In this document: one piece after another, positions 8,089 to 16,671 of the stretch
How positions within the stretch are numbered: the stretch's first letter is position 1
Layout of the letters: every line of letters starts with the position of its first letter
Source: a virus
Length of the DNA stretch: 64,000 nt
Direction: 5' to 3' (one strand)
Virus record (IMG/VR): IMGVR_UViG_3300010352_000628
Coordinates: 688 to 64,687 of that record
The notes under the pieces: model-generated
What the model saw: only the letters and a program-made list of their open reading frames with translations
What the model was told of the DNA's origin: nothing
The model's database searches: none
Made by a program: the position numbers and the translations under genes

Positions 8089-8518
8089 CGTGCTAGCGCT
8101 CGAAGGCCGCGAACTCGACGCGGCGGTGGCCGAAAAGGTGATGGGGTGGGACATCCGAAAAGACCAGACAGGAATGTCGTTCGTCTTGCACGAGCAGGTA
8201 TATGAGATCAGCGGTTTGTCGATTATCTGGTCACAGCGCGACGAATACTACAGGATCATCGAAGGCGTTGAGAAAGTGTTCCCGCGTGCCGAGATGGTGT
8301 CGCGCTACTCCTCCGACCGCAACGCCGTCGCTCTTGTCCTGGCGGAGATCGAGCGGAGGGGGCTGAACACTGCATTTCTCGACGAACTCGAAGACATCCT
8401 TTGGCCTGATCCCATTGACCTATCCGAAGGCGATGCGGCGATGGGCTACCTCAACGCCCCGCCCGACGCGATCTGCAAGGCCGCCCTGTTGGCCGTGCTT
8501 CCGGAAGGGGGTGAGTGA
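8075..8518 (+). CDS. phage ABA-sandwich-like protein
   Basis: GRELDAAVAEKVMGW...YSSD...P.AICKAALLA. Confidence 0.65.
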   Translation: MTRTDVLALEGRELDAAVAEKVMGWDIRKDQTGMSFVLHEQVYEISGLSIIWSQRDEYYRIIEGVEKVFPRAEMVSRYSSDRNAVALVLAEIERRGLNTAFLDELEDILWPDPIDLSEGDAAMGYLNAPPDAICKAALLAVLPEGGE

Positions 8519-8913
8519 TGGACGGTAACAAGCCGTGGGACTCTGACACCTGGCAGGCGTTTCAGGACAAATGCGCTGCTCTTGCTGCAAAGGAACCAGC
8601 CGAAGAGTATTGGGACTTGGACCCCTGCCCTGACTGCGGAGCCTGCCCGAAATTGACGCGATGCATGTGTGACTTCGCCGGGGTCCGGGTCCAGAGGCGC
8701 ATCGCCGCCATCGAATCGCAACTGGCCGAGGGAACGGCACGGCTGGACGAACAACGGACGCGAATTGCCGCATTTATCCGCGAAAAGTCCGCATCCGCGA
8801 AGTGGGATTGGGAAGTTCGCCATTTTGCCGATCACGCTGCTGAGCAGATTGAGCACGGATGGGACGGTGAAGGCGAGGCCGCCATCGACGCGGCGCGAAA
8901 GGAGCGGACATGA
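8515..8913 (+). CDS. hypothetical protein
   Basis: coupled ORF; CPDCG. Confidence 0.55.
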   Translation: MMDGNKPWDSDTWQAFQDKCAALAAKEPAEEYWDLDPCPDCGACPKLTRCMCDFAGVRVQRRIAAIESQLAEGTARLDEQRTRIAAFIREKSASAKWDWEVRHFADHAAEQIEHGWDGEGEAAIDAARKERT

Positions 8914-9320
8914 CCATCACCGTCCTCGGCACGCCCGCCCCGCAGGGCAGCAAGCGCCACGTTGGGCGCGGCATCATGGTCGAGTCATGTAAGGCGCTCC
9001 CTCCGTGGCGAGAGGCAATTGTCTGGGCCGTTCGCGAGGCACGGAACAGAGAGAATTTCAACGGCTGGTTCGAGTGCCCCGTGTTTGTCTGCATCGACTT
9101 CTACCTGCCCCGCCCGAAGTCCACGCCGAAGCGCATTCTACGGCCATTCCGAAAGCCCGACGTGGACAAGTTGGTGAGGAGCGTTTTCGACTCGCTCACG
9201 ATTGCCGGCGTGATCGACGACGATGCGCGGGTGGTCAACCTGCACGCTGAGAAGCACTTCTGCGGACCCGGCAAGGTCCTGGACGTGCCCGGCGCGATCA
9301 TCACCGTGGAGGCGCTATGA
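8910..9320 (+). CDS. rusA: RusA-family Holliday junction resolvase
   Basis: G.PAPQGSK, KPDVDKLVRSVFDSL...DDDARVV. Confidence 0.9.
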   Translation: MTITVLGTPAPQGSKRHVGRGIMVESCKALPPWREAIVWAVREARNRENFNGWFECPVFVCIDFYLPRPKSTPKRILRPFRKPDVDKLVRSVFDSLTIAGVIDDDARVVNLHAEKHFCGPGKVLDVPGAIITVEAL

Positions 9321-9374
9321 CAAAGAACTGTTTGATTTGCGGGGCCGGGGCTAACGAGAGTTCAGGAGGCTGAC

Positions 9375-9596
9375 ATGAACCCCTATCAGACCACAGGCGG
9401 CACCTGCCCGAAGTGCGGTATGCCGTACACCACGGGCGGATGCGGATGTCCGCTGTTCAAGGCAACGACGCCCACCTACGGCCAGATGGGCTGGATCTGC
9501 CCTGTGTGCGGCAGGGTCCTGTCGCCGTTTACGCAGCAATGCCCATGTAGGACGCCTCCACTGGTGGTGACGTGTGAAACGGGGCCGAAGCTATGA
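9375..9596 (+). CDS. small Zn-ribbon protein
   Basis: AGGAGG RBS; GWICPVCGRVLSP...CPC. Confidence 0.65.
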   Translation: MNPYQTTGGTCPKCGMPYTTGGCGCPLFKATTPTYGQMGWICPVCGRVLSPFTQQCPCRTPPLVVTCETGPKL

Positions 9597-9805
9597 CCTT
9601 CACCGCCGCCGAGATCGAGGACGCGCGACGGAATCCAGTCATAGGTGACGTGTGGAGACGTGGAAGCATGATCCGTGAGGTGTATACCACGCGGCCCAAG
9701 GACCTCACTTTGATGACGCCCAAGCGTGGGGCCGGCGGCGTGTGGTCGTATGAGAGTTTTGAGACGTGGACGCTTAACGCCACGCTCGTCCGGAGGGGCG
9801 CATGA
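9593..9805 (+). CDS. hypothetical protein
   Basis: coupled ORF. Confidence 0.5.
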   Translation: MTFTAAEIEDARRNPVIGDVWRRGSMIREVYTTRPKDLTLMTPKRGAGGVWSYESFETWTLNATLVRRGA

Positions 9806-10239
9806 CCCCGCTCGACCGCTGCCTCGTGGAGCAGGCCCGCTGCCGGGAGTACCTTAACGGGCCGGGTGAGGACAAGGAAGGCGCGTGGCAAGGCGTGACC
9901 GACTGGCACATGGAGGAAGTGATTTTGATGACAGACTTCCCTCAAGGAGGGGGAGTGGCTTTCCCCTCTGACCTGCCTCGACAGGCTTGGGAGGCTGACA
10001 ATTTCGTGGATGGGGGCGGCTGTCTGCCTTCCGGAATCCCTTTCGCCGGAGGCCGCTCTCTTTACCCTGACTCGTCAGGTCAGGAGGGTTGGTGGCGGGG
10101 TACTCCACCGCACGCCGTTCCCATCCACGAAACACTGGCTTGCGAGATGACTGAACTCCTTGATGCCCACTCGCGTACCCGGCAGGAGCTTGTTTCCCGT
10201 ATCCCGGTTGGGCCTTACAGCCACAGCATACACCACTAA
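9802..10239 (+). CDS. hypothetical protein
   Basis: coupled ORF; 3' half may be low-quality coding. Confidence 0.4.
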   Translation: MTPLDRCLVEQARCREYLNGPGEDKEGAWQGVTDWHMEEVILMTDFPQGGGVAFPSDLPRQAWEADNFVDGGGCLPSGIPFAGGRSLYPDSSGQEGWWRGTPPHAVPIHETLACEMTELLDAHSRTRQELVSRIPVGPYSHSIHH

Positions 10240-10252
10240 GGAGCCTTTTGCA

Positions 10253-10450
10253 ATGGGTAGAGTAGATATTTCTGCGCGGGACCGTGAAGCCTTTTCCAGG
10301 ATGATGTCAAAGTTTGGGAAGATTGGCGGGAGCGAAGGCGGCAAGAAATCGAGCGCCAACATGACACCAGAACAACGCCGTGAGCGTGCGATCAAGGCAA
10401 ATGCCGCTTCCCAGGCAGCGAAACGCCGCAAGCGTGAGGCCGCCCAATGA
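10253..10450 (+). CDS. small basic protein, MTPEQRRERA family (paralog 1)
   Basis: GKIGGSEGGKKSSANMTPEQRRERAIKANAASQ. Confidence 0.7.
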   Translation: MGRVDISARDREAFSRMMSKFGKIGGSEGGKKSSANMTPEQRRERAIKANAASQAAKRRKREAAQ

Positions 10451-10647
10451 CCCCCTACCGCCCAGGCGCTCTCGCCCACATGCCGCTCCGCTTCGACCGG
10501 ACGCTGCCCTGCGTCCACTGTGGAGCCACCTTCGCCACGACCTCCGGCAACGCCAAGTGGTGCCCAGAGTGCCGCAAGACGACCGCATACCGCGAGTGGC
10601 GGAACCGCCAGCGGAATCGCTGGGACGCGAGGTACCGAGGTGACTAA
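10447..10647 (+). CDS. small Zn-finger protein
   Basis: CVHCG...WCPEC. Confidence 0.55.
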   Translation: MTPYRPGALAHMPLRFDRTLPCVHCGATFATTSGNAKWCPECRKTTAYREWRNRQRNRWDARYRGD

Positions 10648-10795
10648 GCCCCTCGCCTCCCTCCGCGACCGGCCCCTGGCGCAGCACGCCCTCGTGATGG
10701 CGTACAAGCGGGCGCTGGAGAAGCAAGAGAAGCGAACCGTCAAAGAAACTGTGACAGTTGACCCCCAACTGCGCCTGGAACTGGAGGCAAAATGA
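10640..10795 (+). CDS. hypothetical protein
   Basis: GTG start overlapping the upstream stop. Confidence 0.45.
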   Translation: MTKPLASLRDRPLAQHALVMAYKRALEKQEKRTVKETVTVDPQLRLELEAK

Positions 10796-11406
10796 CCGCT
10801 GAACGACTGACGGAGATCAAGACCCGCCTTTTCCGTTGCCAACTCAAAGTGGACTCTGTAATACGTCGGTTTGCCCGCGCTCATCTATTAAGAGGCGACG
10901 TGCCCGACATCATCGAGGCACTGGAGGCCGCCCAGGAGCGGATTGCGGTACTAGAGGTTGCAAACGCCAACCTAAATGGTCATCTAACTCATGAAGCTAG
11001 ATTGGCTGATTCAAACCTTGGGGCATACAAGGAGGTCAGGGGATTGTACGATGCCATGCGGTCTAGGGCCGACGGACTAGAAATCGAATGTGAACGCCTC
11101 AAGCAAACACTGAGATCAATCGTGGTGACATGCGGCGGCATTGCCGCGCCGGGCGTATCAACGGATTTCCTCGTGAGCACCGCTGAGGAGGTTCGGTTGA
11201 TGAAGGAGGAACTGTTGCAGAAATTGCAACAGTTGGAGGCGGACAAGGCCCGCTTGAACTGGATGGAGGCGCAGATGCTTCAACAAAACTGCTGGCTGCC
11301 CGGCTACAACAAGCACACTCGAACGTGGTTCGTTGTGGATGAATCGGAGAACGAACCGACGTTCAGGACCGCTCTCGACGCCGCCCGAGGAGTGCCCCGT
11401 GGCTAA
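10792..11406 (+). CDS. coiled-coil hypothetical protein
   Basis: GGAGG RBS; DKARLNW...RTALDAA motif. Confidence 0.6.
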   Translation: MTAERLTEIKTRLFRCQLKVDSVIRRFARAHLLRGDVPDIIEALEAAQERIAVLEVANANLNGHLTHEARLADSNLGAYKEVRGLYDAMRSRADGLEIECERLKQTLRSIVVTCGGIAAPGVSTDFLVSTAEEVRLMKEELLQKLQQLEADKARLNWMEAQMLQQNCWLPGYNKHTRTWFVVDESENEPTFRTALDAARGVPRG

Positions 11407-11758
11407 CCACATCCCCATCGAGGCCGCCGACGCGCTCTCCGAAGCAGCCAGGATCTACCGGACATCGGTCGCAGCGATCCGCAACCCCCGCATCCATGTC
11501 CGCCACGTCAGCGCCGCTCGCCGCTACGCCGCCGACAGACTCGGAAGTTACTCAGCAGCCAAAGTTGCCGAGTGGATGGGCGTGCGCCGAACCACCGTCT
11601 ACTCCTGGAGGAACCGCCGTGCCAAGGGACAAAGCCGCTGCCGATCGCGCCCTGACCGGCCTGAAGGTCGAACTGACCTCCGCTCTGAACGTGCTCGACC
11701 ACGCGCTGAAGTGCGACAGCCTCCAAGAGAAGGATGCTGCCATCTTCCTCGTCCGTAG
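11399..11758 (+). CDS. HTH protein (DnaA C-terminal-like)
   Basis: VSAARR...SAAKVAEWMGVRRTTVYSW. Confidence 0.5.
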   Translation: MANHIPIEAADALSEAARIYRTSVAAIRNPRIHVRHVSAARRYAADRLGSYSAAKVAEWMGVRRTTVYSWRNRRAKGQSRCRSRPDRPEGRTDLRSERARPRAEVRQPPREGCCHLPRP

Positions 11759-11801
11759 CGATTTGCGGCGATTAGTGGTGTCTGACAGTATCGAGCCATA
11801 A
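11619..11801 (+). CDS. hypothetical protein
   Basis: GGAGG RBS before GTG; overlaps the previous ORF. Confidence 0.4.
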   Translation: MPRDKAAADRALTGLKVELTSALNVLDHALKCDSLQEKDAAIFLVRSDLRRLVVSDSIEP

Positions 11802-11902
11802 GAGATTTAAGCCAGCGCCTCCACGCAGGTATTTATGCCATCTTATATTAAGTACAAATCGGAACGTTCACAATTCATACCCAGTGAAAGTTGGGCCTCC
11901 AG

Positions 11903-12691
11903 ATGAAGTCAGACGGCCCCCTCCCTTGGCTCCGGCTCTACGTCGAGATCCTTGATGACTCAAAAGTGCAGTTACTACCTGACAAATTGTTCAAGTTTTG
12001 GATCAACTGCCTTTGCATCGCTCGGAAGTACGATGGTTGGCTACCAGATCCGGGGTCAATCGCATTCATTCTAAGGCTCAAAAAAAAGGTAGTAGTATCG
12101 CAACTCGCCGGGCTTGCTAATGCTGGCCTACTAGACTCAGAAGAAAAGGGTTACGCCCCTCACTCCTGGGCTCGGCGACAGTACAAATCCGACAATTCCA
12201 CAGAGCGCGTGAATCGTTTCAGGGACGCGAGGAGAAACGTTACATGCAACGTTGCACGAAACGTTGGGTGTAACGGTGATGAAACGGCCCTCAGAATACA
12301 GAGTACAGAAGCAGAAGAAACACCCCCCTCCCCCTCACGGGGATCGGGTGGCGGTGGGGCGCTTTTCCGCAAGAAACAGGACGAGTGGTTTGATCGGTTC
12401 TATTTGGCTTACTGGAGGAAAGTTGGCAAGGACGCAGCCCTCGCTAAGTTTCGTCTGAAAATTAGGGATGAGGCGACATTTAATTCCGTCATGGCGGCAG
12501 TTAAGAAGCAGACTCCAGAAATGATGGTCCAGATGGGAGTTGATAAAAAAAAGGTCCCTCACCCCGCCACTTGGATAAACCAGGGAAGGTGGAAGGATGA
12601 GGACGACCAAGAGGCGGCAGCCTCTTCCGGCCCCGCCTACCGCCCAGCGGACGGCTACCTCGAAGACCTGTTCAGGAACCCCAATGAGTGA
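11903..12691 (+). CDS. phage replication initiator / replisome organizer
   Basis: WLRLYVEILDDSKVQLL N-terminus; FYLAYWRKVGK..A...PHPATWINQGRW C-terminus; directly upstream of dnaB. Confidence 0.85.
   Translation: MKSDGPLPWLRLYVEILDDSKVQLLPDKLFKFWINCLCIARKYDGWLPDPGSIAFILRLKKKVVVSQLAGLANAGLLDSEEKGYAPHSWARRQYKSDNSTERVNRFRDARRNVTCNVARNVGCNGDETALRIQSTEAEETPPSPSRGSGGGGALFRKKQDEWFDRFYLAYWRKVGKDAALAKFRLKIRDEATFNSVMAAVKKQTPEMMVQMGVDKKKVPHPATWINQGRWKDEDDQEAAASSGPAYRPADGYLEDLFRNPNE
12234..12287 (+). repeat. iteron-like ~12-bp repeats (candidate replication origin)
   Basis: GAAACGTTACAT GCAACGTTGCAC GAAACGTTGGGT GTAACGGTGAT GAAACGG inside the initiator gene. Confidence 0.5.
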
Positions 12692-13994
12692 ACTCGTCAC
12701 ACTCTTGGACCGGGGTGGGCTGCCGGAGGCAGCGATGGCCGAGCGGGCGCTGATCGGGGCGGTACTCGCGCAGGGCGGGTGCTACCCGTTCGTCCGGGAC
12801 ATCGTGCGGCCTGGAGACTTCAGCCTGACGAAACACCAATCGATCTGGAAGACGGTCGGGGAGTTGCACGGGGCCGGTACGCCCGTCGATGCGGTCAACC
12901 TAGCGACGGCCCTCCATCGCCGGGGCGAACTGGAAAGCATCGGCGGGTTGACCTACCTGCTCGAACTCTCGGATCAGGCTATCCCGCTGGCGAACGTCGA
13001 GAGTTACGCCGGGGCGATCTCTGAGACGGCAGTACGGCGTCGGCTGATCGTGGCGGCGCAGTCGATTTGCGAGATGGCCGCTGGCCCGGATGACCTAACC
13101 GCCGTCATGGACAACGCGAAAGCGATGCTCTCTGAGCTCACGCCGGCCACGCCGGGCGAGTTCGCTACGCCGGGCGAGGTCGTTATGGCGTCGGGCGGGC
13201 TGGACTCGTACCTGTCGAAGTTCCGGGCGCGGGGCGTGTCCTGGCCCTGGCCCCGGCTCACTCATGTCACGGCGGGCATGTTTCCGGGCGAGTTGTCTAT
13301 CATCGCGGCGGGCACGGGGCGCGGCAAGACGGACTTCGCAATCAACACCGCCATGCACTGCGCTGAGAACGGCGGCGGGGTGGCGTTCTTCAGCCTCGAA
13401 ATGAGCCGGGAGCAGGTCATCAACCGCCTCGCCGCTCTCCGGGGTGGGTTCAACCGGGCGCTGGTGCGTCACGAACCGCAAATCTGGCACCTGGGCGTGT
13501 TGCAGCAGGGGTTTACGGACGTGTCCGACCTCCCGGTGTACGTCCGGGACTCGACAAACTGTACGGTCGCCTCGATCGAGGCCGGGGTCCGACGCCTCCA
13601 GGCGCGGCACGATATCCGGCTGGTGGTGGTGGACTACCTCCAACTCGTCACGGGGCGCGGACAGACGCGAGCCGAGCAGGTCGGCAGCGTGGCGCGGGGG
13701 CTGAAGGTGATGGCGGCGGCGCTGAAGGTTCACATCCTGGCGCCGTGTCAGTTCAGCCGCGACCACCAGAAGACCGGGGCGAAACCGCAACTACATGATT
13801 TGAGAGAGTCGGGCGATATCGAGCAGGCGGCGAACGTGGTGCTGTTCCTGAGCGGCGAGACGCGGTACGAGAGCCAGCCGTCCGAAGAGTTACCCATCGA
13901 CCTCATCATCGCCAAGCAGCGCGATGGGGCCAACAACTTCACCGTCCCAATGCTGTTCCGTGGCGACACGGGCCGATTCTCTGAGGCAACATGA
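12684..13994 (+). CDS. dnaB: replicative DNA helicase DnaB
   Basis: AERALIGA N-domain; Walker A AGTGRGKT; FSLEMS; VVDYLQL; LRESGDIEQAA; AKQRDG. Confidence 0.95.
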   Translation: MSELVTLLDRGGLPEAAMAERALIGAVLAQGGCYPFVRDIVRPGDFSLTKHQSIWKTVGELHGAGTPVDAVNLATALHRRGELESIGGLTYLLELSDQAIPLANVESYAGAISETAVRRRLIVAAQSICEMAAGPDDLTAVMDNAKAMLSELTPATPGEFATPGEVVMASGGLDSYLSKFRARGVSWPWPRLTHVTAGMFPGELSIIAAGTGRGKTDFAINTAMHCAENGGGVAFFSLEMSREQVINRLAALRGGFNRALVRHEPQIWHLGVLQQGFTDVSDLPVYVRDSTNCTVASIEAGVRRLQARHDIRLVVVDYLQLVTGRGQTRAEQVGSVARGLKVMAAALKVHILAPCQFSRDHQKTGAKPQLHDLRESGDIEQAANVVLFLSGETRYESQPSEELPIDLIIAKQRDGANNFTVPMLFRGDTGRFSEAT

Positions 13995-14251
13995 GGCGCG
14001 ACCAGGAATCGTTCGACGTGGGCAACGGGCAGGCCGCCGCGCTCATCCTGGGCAATATTGAGGCGTGGGGCGGCGAAGGCAGTCTGGCGGTGAAGTGGGC
14101 GAGACAGTGGAGAGAAAGGCACGATGAAAAAAACAACACAACCGGCAGGACGGCGGCAGGTTCACTTGTCCCAGGAGCAACTTCAGGACCGGCTCCAGTA
14201 TTGGCAGAAGGTTCTCCGACTGGAAAACTGGGATGTGAAGGTGAAGATTGA
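13991..14251 (+). CDS. hypothetical protein
   Basis: ATGA coupling to dnaB. Confidence 0.45.
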   Translation: MRRDQESFDVGNGQAAALILGNIEAWGGEGSLAVKWARQWRERHDEKNNTTGRTAAGSLVPGATSGPAPVLAEGSPTGKLGCEGED

Positions 14252-14591
14252 TCGTGTCTTCAATCTGCACCCCAACACACAAGGCTGCTGCGAGTGGACG
14301 CTATCGAGGATGGAGGCGTTGATCCGTATTTTAGATCCAGCGGACTGGGACCCATCCTGCATCTACCCGCAGGATATGGAGACGACGCTGGTTCATGAGT
14401 TACTGCATTTACACGGGGCCCGTCTGCCGACGATGGAGGAGAACTCCCCTGGATATATAGCGCTGGAGCAAATGATCCATCACTGCGCCTACGCGCTGAC
14501 GGCCCTAGACGGGCGGGGGTGCCGCCAACCACGGCGCAGGGGCCACAAATCGCGTGGCGGTGCCCCTGAACGCGGCAAATCGGCATCGTAG
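14124..14591 (+). CDS. HExxH zinc metallopeptidase-like protein
   Basis: WQKVLRLENW...ETTLVHELLHLH. Confidence 0.7.
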   Translation: MKKTTQPAGRRQVHLSQEQLQDRLQYWQKVLRLENWDVKVKIDRVFNLHPNTQGCCEWTLSRMEALIRILDPADWDPSCIYPQDMETTLVHELLHLHGARLPTMEENSPGYIALEQMIHHCAYALTALDGRGCRQPRRRGHKSRGGAPERGKSAS

Positions 14592-14601
14592 CGGCTGAGG
14601 C

Positions 14602-14640
14602 GACACAAAAAGCGGGGAGCCCGAAGGCTCCCCGTGTGTC
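14602..14640 (-). terminator. intrinsic terminator between convergent operons
   Basis: CGGGGAGCC-CGAA-GGCTCCCCG stem with AAAAA on the left (U-tract on the minus strand). Confidence 0.75.
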
Positions 14641-14693
14641 AAGTACGGGAGAGGATTCCGTACTGATAGCGAGTTCTCAATAAGTATAACCGA

Positions 14694-14774
14694 TTATCTT
14701 GTGGCCCACCCAAACAGAATCCAGATCGCCAGCGCAATCAAACCCGCCGCCGGGCCGCTCAGGTCCCTACGCAT
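14694..14774 (-). CDS. 26-aa transmembrane peptide
   Basis: translated by hand: MRRDLSGPAAGLIALAIWILFGWATR; overlaps the upstream stop. Confidence 0.4.
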   Translation of the reverse strand: MRRDLSGPAAGLIALAIWILFGWATR

Positions 14775-15036
14775 GGACGTTTCTCCAGCCGTGCCACGCT
14801 CGCGCCTCGCTCAACTGCGTATACCAGTCCATGTTCAGGTCGTAGCACTCCATCACGCGCTGCATGGGTGCCGCGCTGTAGTGCTCTCCCTTGCTGGCTG
14901 CCTCTTCCTGCGTTGCGGCGTAGACCGGGTAGTCTTCGTAATCGAACGAGTCGCAGATCACCAGCATGTACGCGGCTCCCTGCGCCTTCCCCTGTTCGAG
15001 CCATTCCAAGATGTCAGCCTTCGTTGCTGCCATCAT
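14767..15036 (-). CDS. conserved phage hypothetical protein
   Basis: GAAYMLVICDSFDYEDYPVY...MQRVMECYDL. Confidence 0.7.
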   Translation of the reverse strand: MMAATKADILEWLEQGKAQGAAYMLVICDSFDYEDYPVYAATQEEAASKGEHYSAAPMQRVMECYDLNMDWYTQLSEARAWHGWRNVHA

Positions 15037-15380
15037 GCGCCTCCCCACTTCGCCCGCACCGCCGCAAGCACCTTCGCCTCCAGATTCGCCAGCACGCCCC
15101 GCGCGATCCACTGGCGGGCCTTCTCTGCCGCCTGCTCCATCTCCGGCTGGCGGCAGATCCAGTCCGGCAACCCGCCGTCGTCCGCGAGCCTGCCGCTGAT
15201 CGTCTTGATGGCCTCCTGGCTGGGCCTCCATCGTGTCTTCATGGCGTGTGCCATCCTCTCCTTGTTTTCTTGCGGCGTCCGCGCGGCGGCGATCGCCGTC
15301 TGCTGCGCGACTCGTGCTCGGCGCATGGCCGGCGTCACGGGGAATTTCTTTCGCGTGGGCAGGCCGATGCGCTCATCCAT
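15033..15380 (-). CDS. basic hypothetical protein
   Basis: coupled ORF; ARTPQENKERM resembles the MTPEQ motif. Confidence 0.55.
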   Translation of the reverse strand: MDERIGLPTRKKFPVTPAMRRARVAQQTAIAAARTPQENKERMAHAMKTRWRPSQEAIKTISGRLADDGGLPDWICRQPEMEQAAEKARQWIARGVLANLEAKVLAAVRAKWGGA

Positions 15381-15549
15381 CGCAGGTTCCCTTCAAGAGC
15401 TTCTTCTTCAACTTCGACGCCTGGCTGGCAGCGTTGGCCTTCAAGGCCCGCTCGCGCTTCTGTTGCGGGGTCATGCGGGCGTTGCCCTTGCGACCGGCGG
15501 CGGCGAAGAACGCCTTGGCCTCGGGGGACAACGGGGATTCGCCGTTCAT
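15373..15549 (-). CDS. small basic protein, MTPEQRRERA family (paralog 3; absent from the ORF track)
   Basis: translated by hand: MNGESPLSPEAKAFFAAAGRKGNARMTPQQKRERALKANAASQASKLKKKLLKGTCDG. Confidence 0.7.
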   Translation of the reverse strand: MNGESPLSPEAKAFFAAAGRKGNARMTPQQKRERALKANAASQASKLKKKLLKGTCDG

Positions 15550-15749
15550 TGGGCGGCCTCACGTTCTGCCTTCTTGCGGCGCTTCGACTCCTGGGAGGCG
15601 GCGTTGGCTTTAATGGCGCGTTCGCGGCGCTGCTCGGGGGTCATGTTGGCCGCCGTACTCTTGCCGCCGATGCGTCCGCCTATCTTGCCCCATTCGGACA
15701 AGATCCGTCTGGCGCGGGCATGGTCATCCAATTCTTTTGTGTTTTTCAC
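15546..15749 (-). CDS. small basic protein, MTPEQRRERA family (paralog 2)
   Basis: GKIGGRIGGKSTAANMTPEQRRERAIKANAASQ. Confidence 0.7.
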   Translation of the reverse strand: MKNTKELDDHARARRILSEWGKIGGRIGGKSTAANMTPEQRRERAIKANAASQESKRRKKAEREAAQ

Positions 15750-15785
15750 TTGCTTATGGCCTCAAGTTGTGTTATCTATAAATCA

Positions 15786-16176
15786 GCGTAGCCGAAAGGC
15801 AACGCCGCGTGTTTAGGGCCAGCGAGGGAAGTCCCTCCACTGGGAACGTGATCGGCGGGAGAGTCAACCCGCTGCGCGGACGATAGAACCCGGTGCCACG
15901 GCCTCTCTGGGCGCGTCAGGACCAGCCCGTACAGGGTCAAACCAAGCCAGGGACAGTGGGTATGGGGCCAGCATCCTAGATCAAGCTGGCTGCGTCGAGG
16001 CGACGACGGCTCCGTAGGGGCAGAATCGCGGGACGTGATGATGCGAGGGTTTAGCATCATTGCGTCTCGGCTCAGACTCACCATAGGGGCAGCAGGGGTA
16101 GAGAAACAAGAAAACGGCGCGACGAAACTTTTGACGGTCATCGTTTCGTTGAAGGAACCGCAACAAAATTTCGCCG
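15786..16176 (+). ncRNA. candidate large structured non-coding RNA
   Basis: ~440-bp gene-free gap with at least 7 hairpins, a GAAA tetraloop, and G-U pairs favouring the + strand. Confidence 0.5.
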
Positions 16177-16188
16177 CGCTGGTCATAG

Positions 16189-16431
16189 TTACTCCGGTTC
16201 GACTTTGGCGAGTACGGCGCGGGCCATTTTGACCTCGGCGGTCACTTCTGGGTTACACCACGACCTATCGCGTTTGACGTGGCGGATATAGCAGACCACC
16301 ATCCTCTTGAGTGCCTCTAGGAGTTCGGCGGCGTGTTGTTGCGCCAACGTGTTTGTTTCTTGTTCTATCGTCGTTACCTCTTCGGGACGCAAACCCATTC
16401 CCATCGGCAGTTCTGCCCGCGAGAGTCGCAT
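16189..16431 (-). CDS. hypothetical protein
   Basis: AAELLEALK...ARAVLAK motif common in phage early genes; start uncertain. Confidence 0.5.
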   Translation of the reverse strand: MRLSRAELPMGMGLRPEEVTTIEQETNTLAQQHAAELLEALKRMVVCYIRHVKRDRSWCNPEVTAEVKMARAVLAKVEPE

Positions 16432-16580
16432 CGGCAGACCGCGACGAGATCCTTGCAGCCCAGAGGGGGCAAGGGCTTCAAGGGTTTCAGCCCGCAGCCT
16501 GACGCGCAGGCCGGGGGCGGTGTCATCAGGAGGGCCACGGCGAGGGCCGCAGCCGGGATTGTGAGCAGAAGTGCTTTCAT
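16374..16580 (-). CDS. small secreted Cys-rich protein
   Basis: GAGGA RBS; signal peptide; 7 Cys. Confidence 0.6.
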   Translation of the reverse strand: MKALLLTIPAAALAVALLMTPPPACASGCGLKPLKPLPPLGCKDLVAVCRCDSRGQNCRWEWVCVPKR

Positions 16581-16671
16581 GTTGTCCTCTCTACCTTGAG
16601 AATCCTAAACTGTCACTTCAGGTATCTCCAGCCCGCCGCCGTCTGTGAACGGCAGGGGGCCGGGGACGGCC

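Noticed and set aside
8524-8546. 12/16 gapped match of segment A2 to GGT AAC AAG CCG TGG GAC TCT GA
   Set aside because: Within chance expectation; it shows how easily such near-matches arise and tempers the A1 and B3 leads.
14701-15816. Long plus-strand ORFs (371 and 307 aa) and similar antisense ORFs across the window
   Set aside because: They are shadow frames of GC-rich genes on the opposite strand, which have RBSs and coupled starts and stops.
15821-15840. GAGGGAAGTCC resembling the RNase P GAGGAAAGTCC motif
   Set aside because: It forms a local hairpin, and I could not find the complementary 3' P4 motif.
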